Origin: Mytilus trossulus
Lineage: Eukaryota
Direction: 5' to 3'
DNA: 64,000 nt
NCBI RefSeq assembly: GCF_036588685.1
Contig: NC_086384.1
Coordinates: forward strand, 34,410,001-34,474,000
In this document: in pieces, positions 29,901 to 41,900 of the stretch
Layout of the letters: every line of letters starts with the position of its first letter
How positions within the stretch are numbered: the first letter of the stretch is position 1
The notes under the pieces: generated by a model
The model's database searches: none
The model's input: only the letters and a program-made list of their open reading frames with translations
What the model was told of the DNA's origin: nothing
Translations under genes and position numbers: made by a program

Positions 29901-32900
29901 CAGAGTCTTCATAGCAATGCTTATCTTGTGAGCCAGCATGTTATCACTGACTTACTGAACAAGGAGACAGAGTCATCATAGCAAGGCTTATCTTGTGAGC
30001 CAGAATGTTAGCTCTGACTTACTGAACAAGGAGACAGAATCATCATAGCAATGCTTATCTTGTGAGCCAGCATGCTAGCACTGACTTACTGAACAAGGAG
30101 ACAGAGTCATCATAGCAATGCTTATCTTGTGAGCCAGCATGTTAGCACTGACTTACTGAACAAGGAGACAGAGTCTTCATAGCAATGCTTATCTTGTGAG
30201 CCAGCATGTTATCACTGACTTACTGAACAAGGAGACAGAGTCTTCATAGCAATGCTTATCTTGTGAGCCAGCATGCTAGTACTGACTTACTGAACAAGGA
30301 GACAGAGTCTTCATAGCAATGCTTATCTTGTGAGCCAGCATGCTAGCAAGGTATCTTCATAGCAATGCTTATCTTGTGAGCCAGCATGCTAGCAAGGTAT
30401 CTTCATAGCAATGCTTATCTTGTGAGCCAGCATGCTAGCAAGGTATCTTCATAGCAATGCTTATCTTGTGAGCCAGCATGCTAGCACTGACTTACTGAAC
30501 AAGAAGACAGAGTCTTCATAGCAAGGTAACTTGTTAGCCAGCATGCTAGCAAGGTATCTTCATAGCAATGCTTATCTTGTGAGCCAGCATGTTAGCACTG
30601 ACTTACTGAACAAGGAGACAGAGTCTTCATAGCAAGTAACTTGTGAGCCAGCATGCTAGCAAGGTATCTTCATAGCAAGGCTTATCTTGTGAGCCAGCAT
30701 GTTAGCACTGACTTACTGAACAAGGAGACAGGGTCTTCATAGCAAGGCTTATCTTGTGAGCCAGCATGTTAGCACTGACTTACTGAACAAGCAGACAGAG
30801 TCTTCATAGCAAGGTAACTTGTGAGCCAGCATGCTAGCAAGGTATCTTCATAGCAATGCTTATCTTGTGAGCCAGCATGTTAGCACTGACTTACTGAACA
30901 AGGAGACAGAGTCTTCATAGCAAGGTAACTTGTGAGCCAGCATGCTAGCAAGGTATCTTCATAGCAATGCTTATCTTGTGAGCCAGCATGCTAGCAAGGT
31001 ATCTTCATAGCAATGCTTATCTTGTGAGCCAGCATGCTAGCAAGGTATCTTCATAGCAATGCTTATCTTGTGAGCCAGCATGCTAGCAAGGTATCTTCAT
31101 ACCAAACTAACCTCATTCCATAAATCAAATAATAAATAGCCACAACCAACAGTAAAAATTCAATCATATTGATGAAAAACAGGGGAAGATTTAAGGGGGG
31201 TTGGATTAATAAAACCTGTTTATCATTATTGTGTTCAGGCCTTTGCAAGAGGAACTGTTGATAACAAGGAGGGACTGAATTATTCAGGTTATATACAGCA
31301 GGGACTCTATATCCTTTCAGCAACCTGGTCTACATCATGGTTGAAAGTTTTGATGAGGAGGCTTAGGAGTTCCCAGAGAGAACCATGAAACAGGAAAACT
31401 GGCAATCCTTGTCAATTAAGATTGTAGTCAAATGCACCTCGCATCCAGTAAGATTTGAACTCACAACCTAATTATAAAATGAACTACTCTGCTAAAGAAG
31501 TCCTTGGACACTTAAGTATGAAGTAAGAATTATGCACAATTTATAGCAGTGTTTGAATATAAAATGAAAACCCATTGTGATTAAAATAAATAACCCATAG
31601 TAAACTGTAAATACTCTGTCTGGGAGGAAAATTGGTATACATGTATATTGGAACTTTATAAAATAAGTTTGAAATACAAATGATTATATTAATATATATA
31701 CATGTAATGAAAATATTCTTGGGAATAAAAACGAATATATAATAGATAAGATACATGTATATTTAGGGTAATATATAAAATAATTTGGAGAAGAAAAATG
31801 ATTTTACTATAAATGACTGATGTATACATGTATAATTAGGGGTAATAGATGTATACATGTATATTGAGGGTTTATAAAATAATTTGGCAAATAAAAGTGA
31901 GTACATGTATTCTATAAATGACACATGACAAAAAAGTTGAAAATAAAAATAAAATATTTTAGAATAAGTTTTTAACATTTTGGAACATTCAAACCCTTTC
32001 TGTACATCAAGAGTTTAGCATGTTATAAACTATAAGATACATAATCTAATGACTGGCTTGAAATATCTACACAAATTTATTAAGTATGAATATTTCTACA
32101 TGGGTGATGATACTATGAGCATAAATGAGCATAAATGAGCATAATGCACGGTTACATCACAAACGCTCCTGAGCCATACTTACGACATCCTCTCTCATCA
32201 GAGCGATCAGGGCAGTCAGATCTGCCGTTACAGACAAGATTCACACTGATGCATGATCCATCGTCACAACGAAACTCGCTTGATGAGCATTGATCATAGG
32301 CTAAAACATTTACATATACATGTCAAAATGCTGGGGGACAAAGTTATCTGCCCTTGTAATTGGAATACAAAGTTATCTACCATGCTAGAAGGTATAAAGT
32401 TGTCTACCCTTCTTGTGGGAGACAAGGTTGTCTGCTCTTGTTCTTTAATGACATAGTTATCTGTCCTCGTTGTTATAACACAAAGTAATCTACCCTTTTA
32501 GCAAGGACAAAATTATCTCCCATTGTACTTTAATCCCAAAGTAATCTAACCTTCTTGTAAGAACAAATTACTTTCCCTTTCATGTGGGGACACAGTTATT
32601 TGGCCTTGAAGTTGAAACACAATGTTGTCTGCTCTTGTACTTTAATCACATACATGTAGTTATCAACCCTTCTAGCATGAACAACAATTATCTTCCTTTT
32701 CTGTATAGGGGACAAATATTATATTCCTTTCCTGTACAGGTGACAATATTACTCCTTTTCCTACGGGGGAGAGACAACTTTATTCCCTTTCCAGTGAGAC
32801 AAAAGTGACTAAGCTCCTTCTATTGGCAACAAATTCTTCTTACGAATTACCCATAAACCTTAATTTTAACATCTGGATAATCCCATTTGACCTTCAATCA

Positions 32901-35900
32901 ATTAGTCTTGTAAGTTGTCATTGTCCTTAGCAGTTGTTTAGCACAGCAAATTGGTGGTAGTTTATGAGTTAATTAAAGGTGTGGAAAACTGAACACAGTA
33001 CAATGAAATGTCACAAAATAGTTAATACAATTTTTATACATTGAGGGTAACAACTTGTAAGGAGGACAAAACAGGTTACATGTAAAATATGACAGCTCAA
33101 ATGAAAAATGATATAATTTCAGAGTTATTCTATCCAATATTAATGTCATGATTTGCACCTATAATATAAACAAGACGACAGGTAGAACATGTAGAGCAAG
33201 ATCTGCCTACCTTTCCTGAGCACCTGAGATCACCCCCAGTTTGTTTAGTCCTTAGTTTTCTATGTTGTGTCTTCTGTACTATTATTTGTCTGTTTCTCTT
33301 TTTATTTTTTAGCCATAGCGTTGTCAGCTTAATTTCAATCTATGAGTTTGACTGTCCCTCTGGTATCTTTTGTCCCTCTTTTGCAATTCAATAGATACAG
33401 CTATTATTTTCATAACCAGTTTCATTATAAAAACCTTAACCCAATCCCCAAATCATGATCCTGCCCAAAACTGAAAATTTAATTTACACTTCTTAAACAT
33501 GAAACCTCAGTTTTGCAAAAATAAAAGCTGAAACAATTTCCTAAAATGCAATAAATTAAATCTGCTTTTTAAAGACATGTGGGTTATCTAGTTTTGTCTA
33601 TAATGCAGGGTTCACACATTGCCGATTATTTCTCCCGTTTGAGATCAGACAGCGATACGAAACGAAAAGTGAAAAAGTCGGATTACTATATATCCTCAAT
33701 TATCTGGAATGTCTTACCATTGTCTGAATGCAGTCATTAAAGTTTGTAACAGATTCCTACAGGTCTGGAAGGGTCCAAATAGTTCGACGAAGCACCCTGA
33801 CAGTTAGGTGCATCCCATAACATTCCAGGAAACTCAGCCGATTTAGTCTAGTCGGATTACAATCGTGCCTATGTCGTGATAGATTCTGCTGTATCAGATC
33901 ACAATCCTAACGATGTTCTGTGTATTCTGGACGGTGTCATGTGTAACAGGAATGATCTGGGGAAGTTTTTCATTGCTTTTTTTCTGCCGATTGAGTCCAG
34001 ATTGCATCCAGATCTTGTCGATTGCGAACCATTTTTGCCAAAACCGTCCGGAACAGTCCCGTTATTAATACGAAATTCGTCAATGATACCCACGTCCCAA
34101 CAATTACAGAATACAATATGACTTAGACGAGACAAAGCCGTTTGGAATGTGATAGAGCGGACCGCGATGGGATTAAGTTCCGACAGTACCTGATCATCCT
34201 GAGTATGCAAACAGTTTTTCGAACGGATAACTTCCGTCAGCGTTGGTTCACTGTCTGGTCACTGTCTGATCTCTGTCGTATTAAATTCGGTAGAATCGGG
34301 ATGCAGTCGTAACAGAGTTGGTCAAAATTTACTTGGCGAAAGTACAAATTGGATTAGAAGCGGATTGAGAAAGGGATTATCGGGATAAATTCGCCTGGAA
34401 ACGGTTGATTATCGACACTTCCTGAACAATATCTGATTGTTGTCATGATTAAATTATTTGTTTTACAAATTTTTATTAAAGTTTGAATTTCCATCCACGA
34501 TTCACAGGATCTTGATCAGACTTTTGACAAATTTAAATCGGGAATGATTCTGTCAAGGACTGCGGTTAAAATCGTGAATGTGTGACCCCAGCTTAAGATG
34601 AGAATAACTTTATGCCATTGGTAAGGATATCCATTGATAAGTGCAGATTAGCAATTCAAAATGTTTTTAAATGTTCTTTGAAAATTTGACTCAAGATATT
34701 ACTTCTGATTTGTGCTGTCAAAATTTCACTTCCATAAAACGTGAAAAAAAGAACAAAATATACAGAATATAATTATGTGTACAAATAAGGTACACAAAAA
34801 GCACATGTATATCTCTGAATAATCAATTTTCAATCATTTTAGTGATAAAGCTAGATATAAAGGTTTCAGTGCAAAATTTGAGTTCATGAATTTTTTAAGT
34901 TAAATAGGAAGAAGGGTTTTAAGCTCAAAATTTAAATAAATCCAAGAGGAGATAACTTACGACAATTGTCTTCATCGCTGTCATCGGCACAGTCAAACTG
35001 TCTATTACAAACGAAGACTTTGGGTACACACTGCTGCTTGTTATTACAACGAAACTCATCAGTATTACATATGACAGCCGCTGAAAGCATAAAAACAATA
35101 ACATAAAATAACAGTTGATGTGTAAAACAAATTGTTGTCAAATTTTATAGGAGAAACACAATTTGGATTAGTACGTGTCTAATGTGGAAAAGGTCTGATT
35201 ACTCTTCCAAACCACATGGTTTGTGTTGATAAGTTTTCTATGTTGTTTTTCCTCTACTGCTGTAAGTCATTTGGTCTGTTTTTTGTTTTTTGCCTTAGCC
35301 TTGACAGTTAGTTTGAGTTTGAAAAGCCCTTTGGTCTGTTTTTTGCCTTAGCCTTGACAGTTAGGATGAGTTTGAAAAGCCCTTTGGTCTGTTTTTTGTT
35401 TTTGCCTTAGCCTTGACATGAGTAACACAATTTGGATTAGTACATAAAATTGAGAATGGAAATGGGGAATGTGTCAAAGAGACAACAACCCGACCAAAAT
35501 AAAAAAACACAACAGCAGAAGGTCACCAACAGGTCTTCAATGTAGCGAGAAATTCCCGCACCCGGAGGAGTCCTTCAGCTGGCCCCTAAACAAATATATA
35601 CTAGTTCAGTGATAATGAACGCCATACTAATTTCCAAATTGTACACAAGAAACTAAAATTTAAATAATACAAGACTAACAAAGGCCAGAGGCTCCTGACT
35701 TGGGACAGGCGCAAAAATGCGGCGGGGTTAAACATGTTTGTGAGATCTCAACCCTCCCCCTATACCTCTAACCAGTGTAGAAAAGTAAAAGCACAACAAT
35801 ACGCACATTAAAATTCAGTTCAAGAGAAGTCCGAGTCTGATGTCAGAAGATGTAACCAAAGAAAATAAACAAAATGACAATAATACATAAATAACAACAG

Positions 35901-38900
35901 ACTACTAGCAGTTAACTGACATGCCAGCTCCAGACTTCAATTAAACTGACTGAAAGATTATGATTTCATCATATGAACATCAGGCACAATCCTTCCCGTA
36001 AGGGGTTTAGTATCATACCATCATAACATATATGAGAAGAACATAACCCGTGTCATGCCAACAACTGTTTTTAGAATAAATGTGTTTAGTTCCGACGCAA
36101 AGACCTTATCAGTGACTCAATATTAACGCCAAAATATGCAATCTTTAATGACTTGACAACAGTATCGTAATTATATCCCTTCTTAATAAGTCTATTCAAA
36201 GGTTTTGTAAGTTTATGAGGTGAATACTGACACCTTTGTGCTTTATAAAGAATATTTCCATAAAAAATTGGATGTGAAATACCTGAACGTATAAAAAGTC
36301 TGCATGTTGAGCTATATTTACGAATGATGTCTTTATACCGATGATAAAATTTAGTAAATGTTTTGACTAGTTTGTGATATCGAAAACCCTGGTGTAATAA
36401 TTTTTCAGTAATACATAAATTTCTCTCGTTAAAATCTAAAACATTGTTACATACACGAGCGAATCGTACAAGTTGAGATATATAAACACCGTAAGATGGT
36501 GACAAGGGAACGTCACCATCTAAAAACGGATAATTAACGATAGGAAATGAAAAATCATCCCTTTTATCATAAATTTTAGTATTCAGCTTTCCGTTAGTGA
36601 TATAGATGTCAAGATCGAGGAAAAGTCTAATGTGGAAAAGGTCTGATTACTCTTCCAAACCACATGGTTTGTGTTGATTAGTTTTCTATGTTGTTTTTCC
36701 TCTACTGCTGTAAGTCATTTGGTCTGTTTTTTGTTTTTTGCCCTAGCCTTGACAGTTAGTTTGAGTTTGAAAAGCCCTTTGGTCTGTTCTTTTGCCTTAG
36801 CCTTGACATTTAGTATGAGTTTGAAAAGCCCTTTGGTCTGTTTTTTGTTTTTTGCCTTAGCCTTGACAGTAAATATGAGTTTGAAAAGCCCTTTGGTTTG
36901 TTTTTTGTTTTTTGCCTTAGCCTTGACAGTTAGTATGAGTTTGAAAAGCCCTTTGGTCTGTTTTTTGCCTTAGCCTTGACAGTTAGTATGAGTTTGAAAT
37001 GCCCTTTGGTCTGTTTTTTAGTTTTTTGCCTTAGCCTTGACAGTTAATATGAGTTTGAAATGCCCTTTGGTTTGTTTTTTTGTTTTTTGCCTTAGCCTTG
37101 ACATTTAGTATGAGTTTGAAAAGCCCTTTGGTCTGTTTTTTGTTTTTTGCCTTAGCCTTGACAGTAAGTATGAGTTTGAAAAGCTCTTTTGTCTGTTTTT
37201 TTGTTTTTTGCCTTAGCCTTGACATTTAGTATGAGTTTGAAATGCCCTTTGGTCTGTTTTTTAGTTTTTTGCCTTAGCCTTGACAGTTAGTATGAGTTTG
37301 AAATGCCATTTGGTTTGTTTTTTTGTTTTTTTCCTTAGCCTTGACAGTTAGTATGAGTTTGAAAAGCCCTTTGGTTTGTTTTTTTTGTTTTTTGCCTTAG
37401 CCTTGACATTTAGTATGAGTTTGAAAAGCCCTTTGGTCTGTTTTTTGTTTTTTGCCTAAGCCTTGACAGTAAGTATGAGTTTGAAAAGCCCTTTGTTCTG
37501 TTTTTTTTTTTTTTTTGCCTTAGCCTTGACAGTTAGTATAAGTTTGAAATGCCCTTTGGTTTGTTTTTTTGTTTTTTGCCTTAGCCTTGACAGTTAGTAT
37601 GAGTTTGAAAAGCCCTTTGGTCTGTTTTTTAGTTTTTTGCCTTAGCCTTGACAGTTAGTATGAGTTTGAAAAGCCCTTTGGTTTGTTTTTTAGTTTTTTG
37701 CCTTAGCCTTGACAGTTAGTATGAGTTTGAAAAGCCCTTTGGTCTGTTTTTTGTTTTTTGCCTTAGCCTTGACAGTAAGTATGAGTTTGAAAAGCTCTTT
37801 GGTTGTTTTTTTGTTTTTTTGCCTTAACCTTGACATGAGTATGAGTTTGAAAAGCCCTTTGGTCTGTTTTTTGTTTTTTGCCTTAGCCTTGACAGTAAGT
37901 ATGAGTTTGAAACTTTGGTCTGTTTTTACTTTTTTGCCTTAGCCTTGACAGTTAGTATGAGTTTGAAAAGCCCTTTGGTCTGTTTTTTAGTTTTTTGCCT
38001 TAGCCTTGACAGTTAGTAAGAGTTTGAAATGCTCTTTGTTTTTTTCTTTTTTGTTTTTTGCCTTAGCCTTGACATTTAGTATGAGTTTGAAAAGCCCTTT
38101 GGTCTGTTTTTTGTTTTTTGCCTAAGCCTTGACAGTAAGTATGAGTTTGAAAAGCCCTTTGTTCTGTTTTTTTGTTTTTTGCCTTAGCCTTGACAGTTAG
38201 TATAAGTTTGAAATGCCCTTTGGTTTGTTTTTTTTTTGTTTTTTGCCTTAGCCTTGACAGTTAGTATGAGTTTGAAAAGCCCTTTGGTCTGTTTTTTGTT
38301 ATTTGCATTAGCCTTGACAGTAAGTATGAGTTTGAAAAGCCCTTTGGTTGTTTTTTTGTTTTTTTGCCTTAACCTTGACATGAGTATGAGTTTGAAAAGC
38401 CCTTTGGTCTGTTTTTTGTTTTTTGCCTTAGCCTTGACAGTAAGTATGAGTTTGAAAAGCCCTTTGGTCTGTTTTTACTTTTTTGCCTTAGCCTTGACAG
38501 TTAGTATGAGTTTGAAAAGCCCTTTGGTCTGTTTTTTAGTTTTTTGCCTTAGCCTTGACATTTAGTATGAGTTTGAAAAGCCCTTTGGTTTGTTTTTTAG
38601 TTTTTTGCCTTAGCCTTGATAGTTAGTATGAGTTGGAAAAGCCCTTTGGTTTGTTTTTTGTTTTTTGCCTTAGCCTTGACAGTTAGAATGAGTTTGAAGA
38701 GCCCTTTGGTTTGTTTTTTTAGTTTTTTGCCTTAGCCTTGACAGTTAGTATGAGTTTGAAAAGCCCTCTGGTTTGTTTTTTTGTTTTTTGCCTTAGCCTT
38801 GACAGTATGTATGAGTTTGAAGAGCCCTTTGGTTTGATTTTTTGTTTTTTGCCTTAGCCTTGACAGTTAGTATGAGTTTGAAAAGCCCTTTGGTTTGTTT

Positions 38901-41900
38901 TTTTGTTTTTTGCCTTAGCCTTGACAGTAAGTATGAGTTTGAAAAGCCCTTTGGTTTGTTGTTTTGTTCGTTGCCTTAGCCTTGACATTTAGTATGAGTT
39001 TGAAAAGCCCTTTGGTCTGTTTTTTGTTTTTTTGCCTTAGCCTTGACAGTTAGTATGAGTTTGAAAAGCCCTTTGGTCTGTGATTTGTTTTTTTGCCTTA
39101 GCCTTGACAGTTAGTATGAGTTTGAAAAGCCCTTTGGTCTGTGATTTGTTTTTTTGCCTTAGCCTTGACAGTTAGTATGAGTTTGAAAAGCCCTTAGATA
39201 TCTTTTGTCTCTTTTAAATAAAAACTAAAAAAATTGATGAAAATTTTATCCAGATGTTTTTTGTCTCTAATGGTCACCATGATCAAACTTACTTTGGAAG
39301 TGATTAGATGTATGGTTCAACAGATTTATTTATCATTTACAGATCATTTCAGTCAGTATGTAGCTAATAGTAATATCTTTGGTTAGCTTGCTTGTTAACT
39401 GAACCGTGAAGTCATTGTTAGGTAAGGTAAACTTCCCTCCTTTAAAAGTAGACTAGCCCAACAGATAAAAAATCTATCTCTCTGTAGGACTAAGTCTACT
39501 ATTAAAGGAGGGAAGTTTACCTTACCTAACAATGACTTCACGGTTCAGCTAACAAGCAAGCTAACCAAAGATATCACCATTAGCTACATACTGACTGAAA
39601 TGTGCTGTAATATATAGCTACTGTAACCTTGTCCCTTGACTCAAAATAAATACAAGTCTTTTTCATCAAAATGTCCATGATATAAACCAAGGACAAATTT
39701 TTTTTTTTTTTATGGTTTAAAAGAATGGTGACCTGAATATTACTTGTAAGTATCAAGTGAGTTCCAAGGCATTGTAACCTGGATATTATTTGACTTGGTC
39801 TTTGACCTAGTGACCTCAAACTCAATAGGATCTTTCTCACCCCAATGAGACAATGTTACACATATTGGTAAAATAACTGATTATGGCTTAAAAAATATAT
39901 CCGACTTTATGCAAAATTTCTTAAAAGGTTCAATTAAAACATGTAATTGCTGCTATCAATGTAAAAATAAGAGTTTACCCCAAAAAAACATAACTACTGT
40001 AAATTCAGAAATCATTTCGTGCATTTATTATTGCGATTTTGTCATGCGCTTTTAAATTTTATGATTTTGAGAAAATGCATGTTTAATTCATATAAAATAT
40101 TTCAAAATGAGAGTTTAATTTATTGTGTTTACAACTCCATCACATTTTTCACAATAATAAAAAACTCTCATTAATTTCTGAACTTACAGTAACCCAAAAG
40201 TTTTGAAAAATCAAACTAGAGGCTCTAATTATAAAGAGCCTGTGTCGCTCACCTTGGTCTATGAGAATATTAAACATGGTAAGCAGATGTATTCATGACA
40301 AAATTGTGTTTTGGTGATGGTGATGTGTTTTTACATCTTACTTTACTGAACAATCTTGCTGCTTACAATTATTTCTATCTATAATGAACTTGGCCCAGTA
40401 GTTTCAGTGGAAAATGTTATTAAAAATTTACAAATTTTATGAAAATTGTTAAAAATTGACTATAAAGGACAATAACTCCTTAGGGGGTCAATTGACCATT
40501 TCAGTCATGTTGACTTATTTGTAAATCTTACTTATTTGAACATTTACAGATTGTCTCTATCTATAATAATATTCAAGATAATAACCAAAAACAGCAAAAT
40601 TTCCTTAAAATTATCAATTTAGGGGCAGCAACCCAACAACGGGTTGTCCGATTCATCTGAAAATTTAAGGGTAGATAGATCTTGACCTGATAAATAATTT
40701 AACCCCAGTCAGATTTGCTCTAAATTTGCTAAGCCAAAAACTGCATTTTACCCCTATGTTCTTTTTTAACAGTGGCGACCATCTTAGTTGGATGGTCGGG
40801 TCACCAGACACATTTTTTTAACTAAATACCCCAAAAATAAGTGTGGCCAAGTTTGGATTAATTTGGCCCAGTAGTTTCAGAGAGAATATTTTTTGTAAAA
40901 GATTACTAAGATTTGCGAAAAATGGTTAAAATTGACTATAAAGGGCAATAACTCCTAAAGGGGTCAACTGACCATTTCGGTCATGTTGACTTATTTGTAA
41001 ATCTTACTTTGCTGAACATCATTGCTGTTTACAGTTTATCTCTATCTATAATTATATTCAAGATAATAACCCCAAAACAGTAAAATTTCCATAAAATTAC
41101 AAATTCAGGGGCAGCATCCCAACAACAGGTTGTCCGATTCAACTGAAAATTTAAGGGCAGATAGATCTTGACCTGATGAACAATTTAACCTATGTCAGAT
41201 TTGCTCTAAATGCTTTGGTTTTGAGTTATAAGCCAAAAACCACATTTTACCCCTATTTTCTATTTTTAGCCATGGCGGCCATCTTGGTTGGTTGACCAGG
41301 TCACCAGACACATTTTTTAAACTAGATACCATAATAATGATTGTGGCCAAGTTTGGTTTAATTTGGCCCAGTTGTTTCAGAGGAGAAGATTTTTGTAAAA
41401 GTTAAAGCCAGACAACACCGGACGCAAAGTGATGGGAAAAGCTCACTTGGCCTTTTAGGCCAGGTGAGCTAAAAAAAATCAAAGCATCATCTTAAAAATA
41501 AATTTCCAATTAGTCTCTTTAAATAATTTTATACCAATGAACTGAACAGAATTATCTGCAAATAAAACTACTGGACTTGACTATAGGTCAATAAAACTTA
41601 CGACAGTTAAGTTCATCTGACTCATCATTACAATCAATTTGTCCGTCACATTTAAACCTTCCATCTACACAATCACCATCATCACAACGGAACTGGTTGT
41701 CTGCACATCTTGATGGGGTAACAGATCCTGAAAATTTATTCATAGTTAGTTGATATGATCAAGAGGTAGAACATGATAAACAAGAATGCATCCATAGTAC
41801 ACTATATCATTTTCTATATTCAGTCCACCATCAATTTGGGTCAATACCTAATTTGGCATTAAAATTAGAAAGATCATATCATAAGGAAGATATGTACTAA

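Larger units (their letters stand above)
35444..36624 (-). mobile_element. 5'-truncated Penelope-like retroelement (probably Naiad-type)
   Basis: RT C-terminal frame plus ~640-nt 3' region ending ...ccccatttccattctcaattttat; the same tail recurs at ~5286-5338 and ~10674-10708. Confidence 0.8.

Noticed and set aside
27877-31101. CRISPR-like array
   Set aside because: Head-to-tail repeats without unique spacers, no cas genes, eukaryotic intron.
33876-34210. Overlapping ORFs inside the Harbinger-like element
   Set aside because: No DDE or Myb-like motifs recognised; short chance ORFs.
36671-38565. Hydrophobic and Lys-rich repetitive ORFs
   Set aside because: Translations of the 60-bp satellite; homopolymer indels break frame repeatedly.
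2819-41727. LRP/megalin or lipoprotein receptor identity for the LDLa-rich gene
   Set aside because: No EGF or YWTD exons found; SEA and interspersed Ig domains point to perlecan.
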